DNA from: Macrostomum lignano
Taxonomy: Eukaryota
DNA length: 64,000 nt
Direction: 5' to 3'
NCBI GenBank assembly: GCA_002269645.1
Contig: NIVC01000862.1
Span: 248,001-312,000 of the forward strand
A model generated the notes under the pieces. The model searched no databases and was not told where the DNA came from. It worked only from the letters and a program-made list of their open reading frames with translations. This document shows, piece by piece, positions 1-10,264 of this stretch. The translations under genes were made by a program, and so were the position numbers. Every line of letters begins with the position of its first letter. Position 1 is the stretch's first letter.

Positions 1-2429
1 GTTTTTTTAGAACTGGACTTTGTTCAAAATTGAACGTGAAAAGGTGTAGTTAAGCCAACAAAGTTGAGAACTACCATTTGGCAGCACTAGATTTGGTCTT
101 GCCCATAGACATAGACGGATAAAGGCAACCAAGTTGAAAATTCGGCCATAGACATTAATCTGAAGAAGGAAGCGGAAATCTATAGATTAGAAAGTATGCT
201 TAAAAACATGTACTCGTACTTCTATGCAGTAAAAATTTGAATCATATGCTTGGTTGTCCATTTTCGTCTATTTCTTTGTTTACGTCTATGGACCGTCCAT
301 GGCCGGGTCCAAGTGAGAAAAGCTCATTCATGTGGATACTTTAAAGCGTTTTATAGAAAGTTTTCCCAGGCCTCGTGCACTTTCTTTATAAATGGACACG
401 TTCATTCCTCGATATTTAGCCAAAGCACCGACACAATACCAAATATAAAATGTGCATGACCAAAAACTTGTGCAATTACCCTTTCATAATGAATTACACA
501 ATACTTGCCTTTTTGCCTTTTGCTTTCACTGCTGCCAAAGTGAAATGTCAACGCGCGACCAGAAACAACTGATAAAGCAAATGTTCTACTGCTTCAGTCG
601 ATCACTCTTTTTAGCCCTTCCAGGCCAGGAAATGTCAGTCTCCTTTTACTTGAAAAAAACGAAGGCTTTTTGCCAATGTCGCCAAAACCGCCGAATTTCG
701 TCCCAAAGTTCCCCTGGGAGAGAGTTCGCTGTGGAAAATTGCTTGGTAATCGTTCAAATAAGTCAGCAGTGCTCGTATGCTACGGGGGCGAGGGCGGCCT
801 CTCCGCGTGTGTTCCAATGAATTTTTCGAGTTTATTTTATTAGAATTCTGAGCAAACAGCGATGTAAATAGGACCGGTGTCTACTGAAATTCATTTTGCT
901 ACTTACTCATTGTGAGCCTCATAAGCTGCTATTAAGAGCCATTCAATAGGAGTGTTGAAACGAATATATCAAACATTTAGTTTCGACTTGTTCTCGACAA
1001 AAAGCATGGGAGGGTCTATTACTAAATAAAAAATGCTTTCTGAGGCACGCTTCATCTCTGCATTTTTTGCTCGGCAAATTCAATTACTGTGAGTATTTCA
1101 AGCAGCAGTTCCCACCATTGCTCCGCGAGCCAAGCTGCTCTCCCCCAGTTTGGCCGATTTCTCCGACCTGACAGCGGCACTTCCGGCAAGTTCGCTATGG
1201 GCTCAACCAACCAAGCCTGGGATTTTTTTTCTTCCCGGATCTACTTGCTGAAAAAAAGTGCAGCGAGACGGGCGCAAGCCTCCGAATTCGGGGCAAAGAA
1301 AATCCCTCCCCACGAGCGACTGCCAGAGTGAGGAGAGACACCGGGAGCGACTTCTCATTCTCTCTCACGTTCTCTCCCGCAGGGTTTTAGATATTTAATC
1401 CCGAGGGAGGGCGGACTTGGATAGTCGCAGATGGATGATTGATTATTGTCTGCAGAATCTGTTAATCGTTCCACATCCACACGGGGGTCTGGGGCCCACT
1501 ATGGACGCTAGCCAGAGTCTATTAATGTTAGTAACTTATGCTTGATCCGTTGAAGGCTGATAAAACCCCCTGATGCTGTAAATTACGGCGGGCAAATCAA
1601 CTGTGATTGAATAGATTTTATGTCTATAAATTCTGCAAAAAGACGCGGCTGACATGTACGCTACGAAGGTAAATTAGACGTCAAATTAATTCACCAAGTA
1701 TAAAGTCCAGCGATTAGTTTTGGACTTTTTAAATAAATAAATAAGAGAACTACAAAATGATAAACTTCGAAGAAGTTTTAAACGCAGCTACGCATCCGAT
1801 GGTTACTGGAATCGATTGCTAATCTAGGTAGTAAAGCATAATGTAATACTCGTAAAATGGATTGCTAATCTAGCCTTGACGAATAGCCGAATAATGAAGT
1901 CTGCAGACGGAGCCCATAAAAAACAATCAATCAATTCTGTAATCGCATGCGGAAGAGGGTTTTAAAAGAATAATTAATCACTAACTGAACTGAAAGTATA
2001 CCATCAGAGAAAATTATTTTTGATTACTGAAAGCTCACGCATTGTCAGATTTTCAATTAGCGAGGCTTCTGATTAGTGCATCATCAATGAGGCTGGGAAA
2101 TGGCTTTTTTAGATCAATTTTTCCTTCTGTTTTGTTTCTACGGATTATGGGTTTGGATTATCGACTAAGCTGACAGGTGAACGGCAGTGTAAAGGAAGAG
2201 TCGTATCTTGAAAAGAATTACCAGACTGCTGTGTGGATAAAGAGCTGGGACTGTGTTTACTGCATTCAAGACCTCTAGTAATGGAAGGTTGCTTCTTATA
2301 CTCATATTGGTGGACATGATTGTATAGGCTTACTCACTATTGACGGGAGCCGGACGCCGCGATCATGCCGCGAGGCCCCAATCGCAGGTCCAGGCTAAAA
2401 ACACGCCAGTCTTTTACCTTAAGGCTGTG

Positions 2430-2850
2430 CCCATTCCTCTCCAGCCCATCCCTCTCCAGCCCACCCCTCTCCAGCCCATCCCTCTCCAGCCCATCCCTCT
2501 CCAGCCCATCCCTCTCCAGTCCATCCCTCTCCAGCCCATCCCTCTCCAGCCCATCCCTCTCCAGCCCATCCCTCTCTAGCCCATCCCTCTCCAGCCCATC
2601 CCTCTCCAGCCCATTCCTCTCCAGCCCATCCCTCTCCAGCCCATCCCTCTCTAGCCCATCCCTCTCCAGCCCATCCATCTCCAGCCCATCCCTCTCCAGC
2701 CCATCTCTCTCCAGCCCATCCCTCTCCAGCCAACCCTTCTCCAGCCCATCCCTCTCCAGCCCATTCCTCTCCAGCCCATCCCTCTCCAGCCCATCCCTCT
2801 CTAGCCCATCCCTCTCCAGCCCATCCCTCGCCAGCCCACCCTTCTTCAGC
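2430..2850. repeat. 15-bp minisatellite (CCCATCCCTCTCCAG)n, about 28 copies
   Basis: Directly visible tandem unit with scattered single-base variants; explains the SSPSL/GWAGE/LERDG ORFs. Confidence 0.97.
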
Positions 2851-2943
2851 AGCAGAAGAGCTCATGAGAGTGGCGTTTGCGATCTTCATCCAGCCGGAGT
2901 TCCCGAAAAAATACGCGCAGGTTCCCGGATCCGATTGCAGTTG

Positions 2944-3120
2944 CTATTGATTCACCAACTCGTTACCAAAGATGTCGCTATGACCTGGCGTCCAGATCAC
3001 GTTGATCCTATTGAGGGTCGCTAGGCTTTGCAAGCTAGTGAAACAGTCTGTGAATAACTTGGTTGATAGCTTGATAGCCTTAATAGTGGCTTTGCTGTCA
3101 GAGTATAAACTGATGTCATG
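2944..3120 (-). mobile_element. Degenerate non-LTR retrotransposon remnant, RNase H domain
   Basis: Minus-strand translation [58 protein letters not shown] contains the DS motif and the WxPGHxxxxGNE motif of non-LTR RNase H, followed by a stop. Confidence 0.7.
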
Positions 3121-3924
3121 GTTAGGATAAGAGTCGCCCCAGATTTTTACCTGCAGAACGGGGAGTCTCGTCTCATTAGCAGTGCTCCCGGGTGTACTGG
3201 TGGTGGCCGCACCTCAAACACCCTGGGGCCGCTAGTTCAGCACATGGGATCTTGACCACTTTGTCATACCGCAAGCTACCCAACATCAACATCTTTTTAT
3301 GCATTTTTATGCTATGAGACAATCTACTCGTAAGATCCCTGCACAAGATTCAGCCTCTACAACGAAGATAAAGCAAGTTTAGATAGGGAGTGAACCTTTC
3401 GGGGGCAATGTTTAGTCAACTATTCAAATGTTCCAGTGAGATAGAATCGTGCATGCAAGACGGTGCATATCGTCTCTCTTTTATTCGTTTTCGAGTCCCT
3501 TGAGGGAAGAGAAAGGGAGGGAGAAACACAGACAAGAGCAGAAATTTCCGGCACAACATCCAGACATCAAGAGTCTCGATCATGGCCTCTTTTAGCATTT
3601 ACTGTTCTATAAGCCCAGATATCTGAGGAGGTCAGAATTCAAATCACATGCGCTGAGATGCATGTTATTAGACAGACAGTTTTAGCTTAAGAACATCTAT
3701 GCTCTTTTAGCTTTCCTACAGTGAGCCTCTAAAAGCATGATCGACTGCTGATAATTGTGAATGTTTTTAGTGAGAATTTGAGCCGTTTTTGCTAAAATCA
3801 ATAGCATATAAATATGTACATTGACAACTCATTTTTAGTAGCTCGTACCAAACTGTAAAGGCAATATCTATCTTGGATATCAAATTTACTGTCGGGGATA
3901 TCCGCTCCCGACAAGAGCCTTGGA

Positions 3925-4637
3925 ATCTCAGCATTCCACCTTGATCACTGGCATCTCAGCATTCCACCTTGATCACTGGCATCTCAGCATTCCACCTTGA
4001 TCACTGGCATCTCAGCATTCCACCTTGATCACTGGCATCTCAGCATTCCACCTTGATCACTGGCATCTCAGCATTCCACCTTGATCACTGGCATCTCAGC
4101 ATTCCACCTTGATCACTGGCATCTCAGCATTCCACCTTGATCACTGGCATCTCAGCATTCCACCTTGATCACTGGCATATCAGCATTCCACCTTGATCAC
4201 TGGCATCTCAGCCATCCACCTTGATCACTGGCATCTCAGCATTCCACCTTGATCACTGGCATCTCAGCATTCCACCTTGATCACTGGCATATCAGCATTC
4301 CACCTTGATCACTGGCATCTCAGCATTCCATCTTGATCACTGGCATCTCAGCCATCCACCTTGATCACTGGCATCTCAGCCATCCACCTTGATCACTGGC
4401 ATCTCAGCCATCCACCTTGATCACTGGCATATCAGCATTCCACCTTGATCACTGGCATCTCAGCATTCCATCTTGATCACTGGCATCTCAGCCATCCACC
4501 TTGATCACTGGCATCTCAGCCATCCACCTTGATCACTGGCATCTCAGCCATCCACCTTGATCACTGGCATCTCAGCCATCCACCTTAATCACTGGCATCT
4601 CAGCCATCCACCTTGATCACTGGCATCTCAGCCATCC
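3925..4637. repeat. 28-bp minisatellite (ATCTCAGCATTCCACCTTGATCACTGGC)n, about 25 copies
   Basis: Visible head-to-tail unit; ATTCC variant dominates the left part, CATCC variant the right part. Confidence 0.97.
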
Positions 4638-5913
4638 GCAATTCGCAATCAAAGCGATAAAGGAAATCTGTCTCTGCTTTAATATGGCAATACAAACTCA
4701 AAAAGGCTTGCGATGTTGACCTGACAGCTTTTCCAGTGTAGCGACTGGATCGTTGCTTGTTCAATTGTATCCAATATTCTTAACTCCTTTTAACTCTAAC
4801 AAACTAAAACGGAAACAATACAAATGCATTTGTTTTTTTACAGAATCGATACAATTTTAACATGTCAATAATATCCGTTTTCTCCTAAGAAACTCACGAC
4901 ATCTTTTTTCGTCAATGTGGCGCGGCTGTGAAGTTTTAGGTTAATAAACAGAAGAGATTTTTAGTTTATCGTGTATCAAAATTATTTGTATTTCACAGAA
5001 GCTCACTTCTTTTATTAATATACCTTTTGACATTTGTATTGGAAAAAAATGAATTTTATTTAGTACATCGCTAGCTGAGCCCACAAATACTTTAGAGGCG
5101 GTGATCGAGACCGTCCTGCTGTACAACGCCGAGACCTGGACGCTGACGGAGTCGCTCGAGCAACAAGTTGACGCGGCGCACGCTAGCCTGCTGCTCGGCT
5201 TCAAGACCGGCTACGAGCGAGCGACCAACGCGGCTTTGTATCGCCGCGCCGGTCGCTGTTGCCTGTTGCACCGTCGGCGACTCCAGCTGGCAGGCCACAT
5301 CATCCGCGCTGAGTCGTACTGCCCAGAGCCGGTGCAGGAGGTGCTGCTGCTAATGCCAGCGACCCAGGCTCGATTCCAAGTGCAGTCACATTAATTTGGG
5401 GCTGAATTGGAATCTCGGCTTGGCTCTGCTCGTGCAATTAACGTCCTTGAGAGCCAACCCCCCAAGGCGCAGTGAAGTGTACATGCCTAACGATAACATA
5501 AAGTTAGGGCCGCTGTACACTCCTGTGTGAGTGTGTGCCTGCGTACGTATCCGCGCGCTTGTATGCCTGCTCAGGGGAGTCGGCGGAATGGGCAGTAATG
5601 CCTCTCGCCGGTTGTGTGCCTATGTTGCTTAAAGTGCGCCAGGGTGCCCACAACCCCCCCCCCTGCCTCTAATAAAAAACCGGCGGGGGCAGGCGCGCAC
5701 TTGGCGTTTCGTCGACTGCCTGCTGGCTGACGCCGGCGCCCCGGATTCGGCCGGCGGCGTTGCGTTTATTCGCGACCTGGGGGGTCTTTCTCGAAAGCAA
5801 CTTACTTACGATCGACCATAGACGTAAGTTGGGTAAGCTACACTTACGGGTTGCTCGAAGGGCTCGCAAGTTAGCTATGCGTAAGATTGATCGCAACTTT
5901 ACGAGTTCGTAAC

Positions 5914-6110
5914 TGTAGGGCGTAGGCCGTGCGCTGCACTCTCTGCCCCATATTATTATTCATGACTCATTCTCTCGCCTAAACTTGTTTACCAATTCTC
6001 GACCAATCGCGCATCGCTGCACCCCACCCCACAATATTGACTAATAAATATATTGAGTAAACAGAGCCATACAGAGGCCACCTTTTCGGCACGCAAACCC
6101 AGACTTCACA
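5914..6110 (+). repeat. 5' LTR (197 bp)
   Basis: Matches the 3' LTR except one substitution and a 7-nt insertion near the 5' end. Confidence 0.93.
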
Positions 6111-6111
6111 T

Positions 6112-7329
6112 TGGCGTCGCGAGCCTCTGCAGCTACCCCCGCCTGAGCAGTTTAACGAACAGGCAGAACAGCACAATCTCTCAGCAAAGTGGGAGGAGTG
6201 GTCCGGCCGTTTCAAAAGGTTTGTCACAGCCAGTGGCATCACAAGTGCCGACCAGCAGCGTGAAATTCTTCTCTACGTAGGCGGCAAGCAGCTGGCGGAC
6301 ACATTCAAAGAGCTGAATAGAACTGGAAAGTCTCTTCACGATCTGATTGAGGCATTCAGGACTCACTACAGCGACAGGCACAACCCTGTGTTTGTCAGGT
6401 ACGAATTCCGGCACTGCACGCAGCAAACTGGCGAGTCACTGGACGCCTGGACACAGCGCCTCTACGCAGCCGCCGATGGTTGCGAGTTCGGGTCCCAGCG
6501 CGACTTGCTCATCCGAGACCAAATAGTGGCCGGCTGCAGATCCGCCCAGCTCCGGCGGACACTCCTGCAAACTCGCAACGTCAGCCTCAAGGACGCACTG
6601 CAGCAAGCAAGAGCCTTCGAGGCGGCGGAACTTCAGTCAGCAGCCATCGAAGCGCGAAACAACGAGACGATAAACTCGATCCATCGAAAACGCCACGGCC
6701 AGGAGTCCCGATCGCAAGCCAAATGCATTCGGTGTGGAGAGCTGGGCCACCGCACGTGCAAACTGGCAAGAGGGAAAACCTGCCACAAATGCAACAAAAT
6801 TGGACACCTGGCGAAGGCTTGCTTGTCCAGCCCCGGCGGATTCGATGAGAAAGTGCACGTGGTATCGGCCCAGGGGCGAGCCAAGCCAGAGGACCTGGAG
6901 AGCAGCTGCGAGGTTTTCTGTCTTGAATCCCGAAGGAATCGCCTGCCGCGCGTCAGGGCGACCATCAGGAGCCGCAAAGCCGACCTTCTGATCGACAGCG
7001 GCGCCGGCTGCAACCTGATGAGCCTGCAGACCTTCTGGTCCATCGGAGGCAGGACAAGGGACCTCCAGGGATGCAAGCGTCGAGTACACCCGTTCGGCTC
7101 CAGGAAGCCGCTGGTCACGCTCGGGATGGCCAGGCTGCGGACCGCCGTTTACAACATCAGCGCCAGCATCAACTTCATCATCGTGAGGGAAGCGGCAACG
7201 ACGATCATCGGGAGGGAGACGAGCGAAGAGCTGGGCATCCTGCGCATCGGGCCTCCGTCACGCAGCACGCACATGCTTCCAGAGACACCACCAGCCAGGC
7301 CCCATGAGCCGAACAAGAGACCCATCTGA
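6112..7329 (+). CDS. Retrotransposon [11 protein letters not shown] protease ORF, no upstream in-frame ATG, truncated after protease
   Basis: Frame open from 6061; Gag motifs WEEWSGRFKRF, RYEFRHCTQQTGES, IRDQIVAG; zinc knuckles CIRCGELGHRTC and CHKCNKIGHLAKAC; protease LLIDSGAGCNL and IIGR; no RT, RNase H or integrase core. Confidence 0.8.
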   Translation, partial: WRREPLQLPPPEQFNEQAEQHNLSAKWEEWSGRFKRFVTASGITSADQQREILLYVGGKQLADTFKELNRTGKSLHDLIEAFRTHYSDRHNPVFVRYEFRHCTQQTGESLDAWTQRLYAAADGCEFGSQRDLLIRDQIVAGCRSAQLRRTLLQTRNVSLKDALQQARAFEAAELQSAAIEARNNETINSIHRKRHGQESRSQAKCIRCGELGHRTCKLARGKTCHKCNKIGHLAKACLSSPGGFDEKVHVVSAQGRAKPEDLESSCEVFCLESRRNRLPRVRATIRSRKADLLIDSGAGCNLMSLQTFWSIGGRTRDLQGCKRRVHPFGSRKPLVTLGMARLRTAVYNISASINFIIVREAATTIIGRETSEELGILRIGPPSRSTHMLPETPPARPHEPNKRPI

Positions 7330-7754
7330 TGGTCGGACAACGCTGCAGCGGGACAGGCAGGACCGGAGCGGAGCGCTGGCGAATCGGACTGGCAACTCTG
7401 GCCTCACAGGTGCGCCGTGGAGCAGCGTCAGACTGAGTGGCCAATTCAAATACGAGTAATGCGAATAATTTGCACCGGCTATTGATTGTTTTCAATTTTC
7501 AAGTTTTCAATACATTCGATTCATTGCTGCAGAACTTAGCAACCTACATGTAGCTCAATGCACCCAAGCTTCACTGGATTAAACATTGTACTTTCGCCAC
7601 AATTTTGATAATCTCGACTGTCGACTAATCGCATGCTCGAATTCTAAAATTATTGTTTTTTTCTCCCTGATTGAATGCTCGCTTGTTTTAATGTAGTGAG
7701 ATTTGACTTAATTCTGTTTTTATCTCCCTGAATTTTTATTCACCTGGGGAAGGA

Positions 7755-7944
7755 TGTAGGCCGTGCGCTGCACTCTCTGCCCCACATTATTATTCATGAC
7801 TCATTCTCTCGCCTAAACTTGTTTACCAATTCTCGACCAATCGCGCATCGCTGCACCCCACCCCACAATATTGACTAATAAATATATTGAGTAAACAGAG
7901 CCATACAGAGGCCACCTTTTCGGCACGCAAACCCAGACTTCACA
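7755..7944 (+). repeat. 3' LTR (190 bp)
   Basis: TGTAGG...CTTCACA, preceded by the purine tract and followed by TSD GTAAC. Confidence 0.93.
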
Positions 7945-9843
7945 GTAACTTTGCGCAAAAGTCTGTTTCTCGAAACGTTCGTATGTCTATGATCTTTCGT
8001 AAGGTTGATCTTAACCCTACGACTGTTCGGTATCAGTCGTAAGACGCACTAATCGCATAGTACGTGAAGCTTTAGTCAAGCCAAGTCAAGTTAAACTTTA
8101 TCGAAGGTGGGTCTTTCTCGAAAGCAACTTACGATAGACTAAGTAAAGATATTTGCAGATTTATGACCATAGACATGCAACTTTTCGTTTCAGATACGAC
8201 TTACGAACAGCGTAAGCCACGCAAAGTCTAAGTGAGTTTTGAGAAAGCGTCTTACGAGCAAACTTACGCTACACGTAAATTTCTTTCTTACGATCTAACT
8301 TACCATAGAACTTACGTGAGTTTCGAGAAACACCCCCTGGCCTTGAGGCGCGCCCTGTGACGCTAAATGCGTATTCTGTTGTTGTTGTTGTTGTTGTTGT
8401 TATATAGTATTTGTGGTTGGGCCCCCGAAAAGTGAGTTTGATTTAGTCAGTGCTTGTGCTTGGCCATAGACTATAGTCCCGGGAGGGAAGCTCTGATATA
8501 GTAGCTCGTGGAATGCTGCATATTTCAGCATTTCATTGTCTCGACTTGTCCTGAGTGACTAAATAGAATCCACTTTTAGTCTAATAGAATTGTTAAATGG
8601 TATATATATTTTAAAAGCAGGTTTTCTGAAGGAGTAAAGAGATTCAGTTCGATTGGTAGTTATTAATTAAAGAATTATATGATATTTGTCGTATCGCTAG
8701 TGCATTTAGCATGCTCTAGAAAGCGCATAGCTTGCAGCGCTAAATGGGGTTTTGCCATGGACAAATTAGATCAACAAAAATTCGTTTTCATGAGAGCATA
8801 CTATGCTCCAAAATGCACAGGCGATACGACAAGTACACAATGTACGTTCCAAACCTGTCTCCTGCTCATTTCTAACCTCAGTTGTAGCAAGCATGCGAAT
8901 TAAGTATGCGAGTGTTTCCATTGAGTTGAGCACAAGTTTTGCCTGAGGTAAGAATTTTATTTTGACTCGCAATGAGGCGAGCTTCAATTTAAATTTTTAT
9001 TGCGAGGACTCAAATAAAAAAAAACCGGAACTCTTATGAATCCGACTTGAGCGTTGCTTTAGAAGTGCTGGTATTCCATGTTTTGCAACAACTCATACTT
9101 CACTTCGTTGATCATGCAGCTTAATCTTTTTGCATCCATTGCTCAGAAGTTTTGGGACGCATGACTAAGTGCGCATGACATTAAGCGCGAATTTTATCTG
9201 CTTGTCTCTCATTTAAAATGTGCGTGTCAGGCGTGAATCTGAATACAACTTGAGCTAAGGTGATTTATGGAGTGGATATTTAATGGCTATTTTGATGATT
9301 TAGCATCGTCCCTCGAGTGAGTGCAGAATATTCTCGAGACTACAAGTCTAAGGGGAGCTAGTCAGTCAGGTGATATACATCTTTGTTGATCTTAAGTGTA
9401 CGATTAATACATTAATCTATTATATTAATACATACCTTATAACAACGAAGAGGGGTTATGTCTAGCCTTTTTTGCATATGCCTTTTAACCCACTACTCCG
9501 CCTTCGTGTTGCAATTCCAACAACTTTGCTGCTGCAACCAATTTTCTTGAATTTATTCCTGTTTCCTGACCAATTACATCGATTTTAATCAAATCATCTG
9601 CTTTCCTACAGGTCGTCTTTGCCGTGAAAATTCTCATACGAGCGCAATGAATTATGTCATTCATTTAGGCATTGAGCTGGAATTTTGAGCGCGCTTACAT
9701 CTGTTTAAGTCCATTGAGTAAAACAAAATATTGAATATAGCAAAGGCAATTTTTAAACCAAATTATAAATTTAAACAAAATGGTGAAAATTAAATATTAA
9801 TTATTGCATTAAAAGTTTTACGAGCTATTGGCTAAAGTGTTGG

Positions 9844-10183
9844 TTTTGTCAGCCTATCTGAGAACAAAGCCATCCAAAGTGAGAATCCTGCCTACGCTGA
9901 ATACGAAGGGCCCGGCTGCGTCCAGCCCAGTCTATGAGCCATAGACTATAAAGGATAAGCTAGGATTGGCTAGTCATATGGCTCAGAAGCTCAGAAGGTA
10001 TAAAAATAAAAGAATACGACGCATAGACCAATCGATTCTCACATTGGATGGCTTTTTATCACTTTGCTTGTCCTTTATTGTCTATGGCCCATAGACTAAG
10101 GCTGCACGCAGCCAGGCCCTTCGCAGTCAGCGTAGGCAGGATTCTCACCTTGGGTGGCTTCATTCTCAGTTAGGCTGACAAAA
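9844..10183. mobile_element. Foldback/MITE composite: about 95-bp inverted arms enclosing a 149-bp CCATAGAC-type MITE (9939-10087)
   Basis: 9844-9938 is an imperfect reverse complement of 10088-10183; inner TIRs CCATAGACTATAAAGGA / TCCTTTATTGTCTATGG. Confidence 0.8.
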
Positions 10184-10264
10184 GCAATACTACAAATAAT
10201 TTCCAAAAATCTGCGTAGCATTGTTACTTAATTATTTGCCCGTAGCAACTTTAGACTTAAGGCT

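Larger units (their letters stand above)
5914..7944 (+). mobile_element. Ty3/gypsy-type LTR retrotransposon, internally deleted (gag-protease only), 2031 bp
   Basis: LTRs 5914-6110 and 7755-7944 (TG...CA), 5-bp TSD GTAAC (5909-5913, 7945-7949), PBS-like TGGCGTCGCGAG at 6112, purine tract GGGGAAGGA immediately before the 3' LTR. Confidence 0.93.
5780..8336. mobile_element. PIF/Harbinger-like MITE (about 0.5 kb once the LTR insertion is removed)
   Basis: Imperfect TIRs GGGGGTCTTTCTCGAAA (5780) and TTTCGAGAAACACCCC (ends 8336); CTG on both sides (5777-5779, 8337-8339) fits a CWG 3-bp TSD; internal copy of the TIR near 8110; many CTTACG/CGTAAG subterminal motifs. Confidence 0.65.
5096..8401 (+). 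mobile_element. 5'-truncated RTE-like LINE (RT C-terminus, 3' UTR, (TTG)n tail), interrupted by nested insertions at 5780-8336
   Basis: IETVLLYNAETWTLT...RRRLQLAGHIIR (5101-5394) resembles the RTE RT C-terminal LLYGxETWTL and RRLxWxGHxxR motifs; 3' UTR resumes at 8340 and ends in (TTG)n at 8377-8401; a homologous copy lies at 24262-24730. Confidence 0.75.

Noticed and set aside
1084-1190. Minus-strand TCRKCRCQVGEIGQTGGEQLGSRSNG, vaguely like a Penelope GIY-YIG segment
   Set aside because: Short, bounded by stops, lacks the conserved Tyr and His, and no RT nearby; could be chance.
3175-3235. CLRCGHHQYTREHC zinc-knuckle-like peptide near the RNase H remnant
   Set aside because: Lies upstream of RNase H, the wrong order for a LINE C-terminal knuckle, and is too short to support.
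5081-8416. 11-bp inverted match CCACAAATACT / AGTATTTGTGG flanking the RTE fragment
   Set aside because: Does not extend; not distinguishable from chance.
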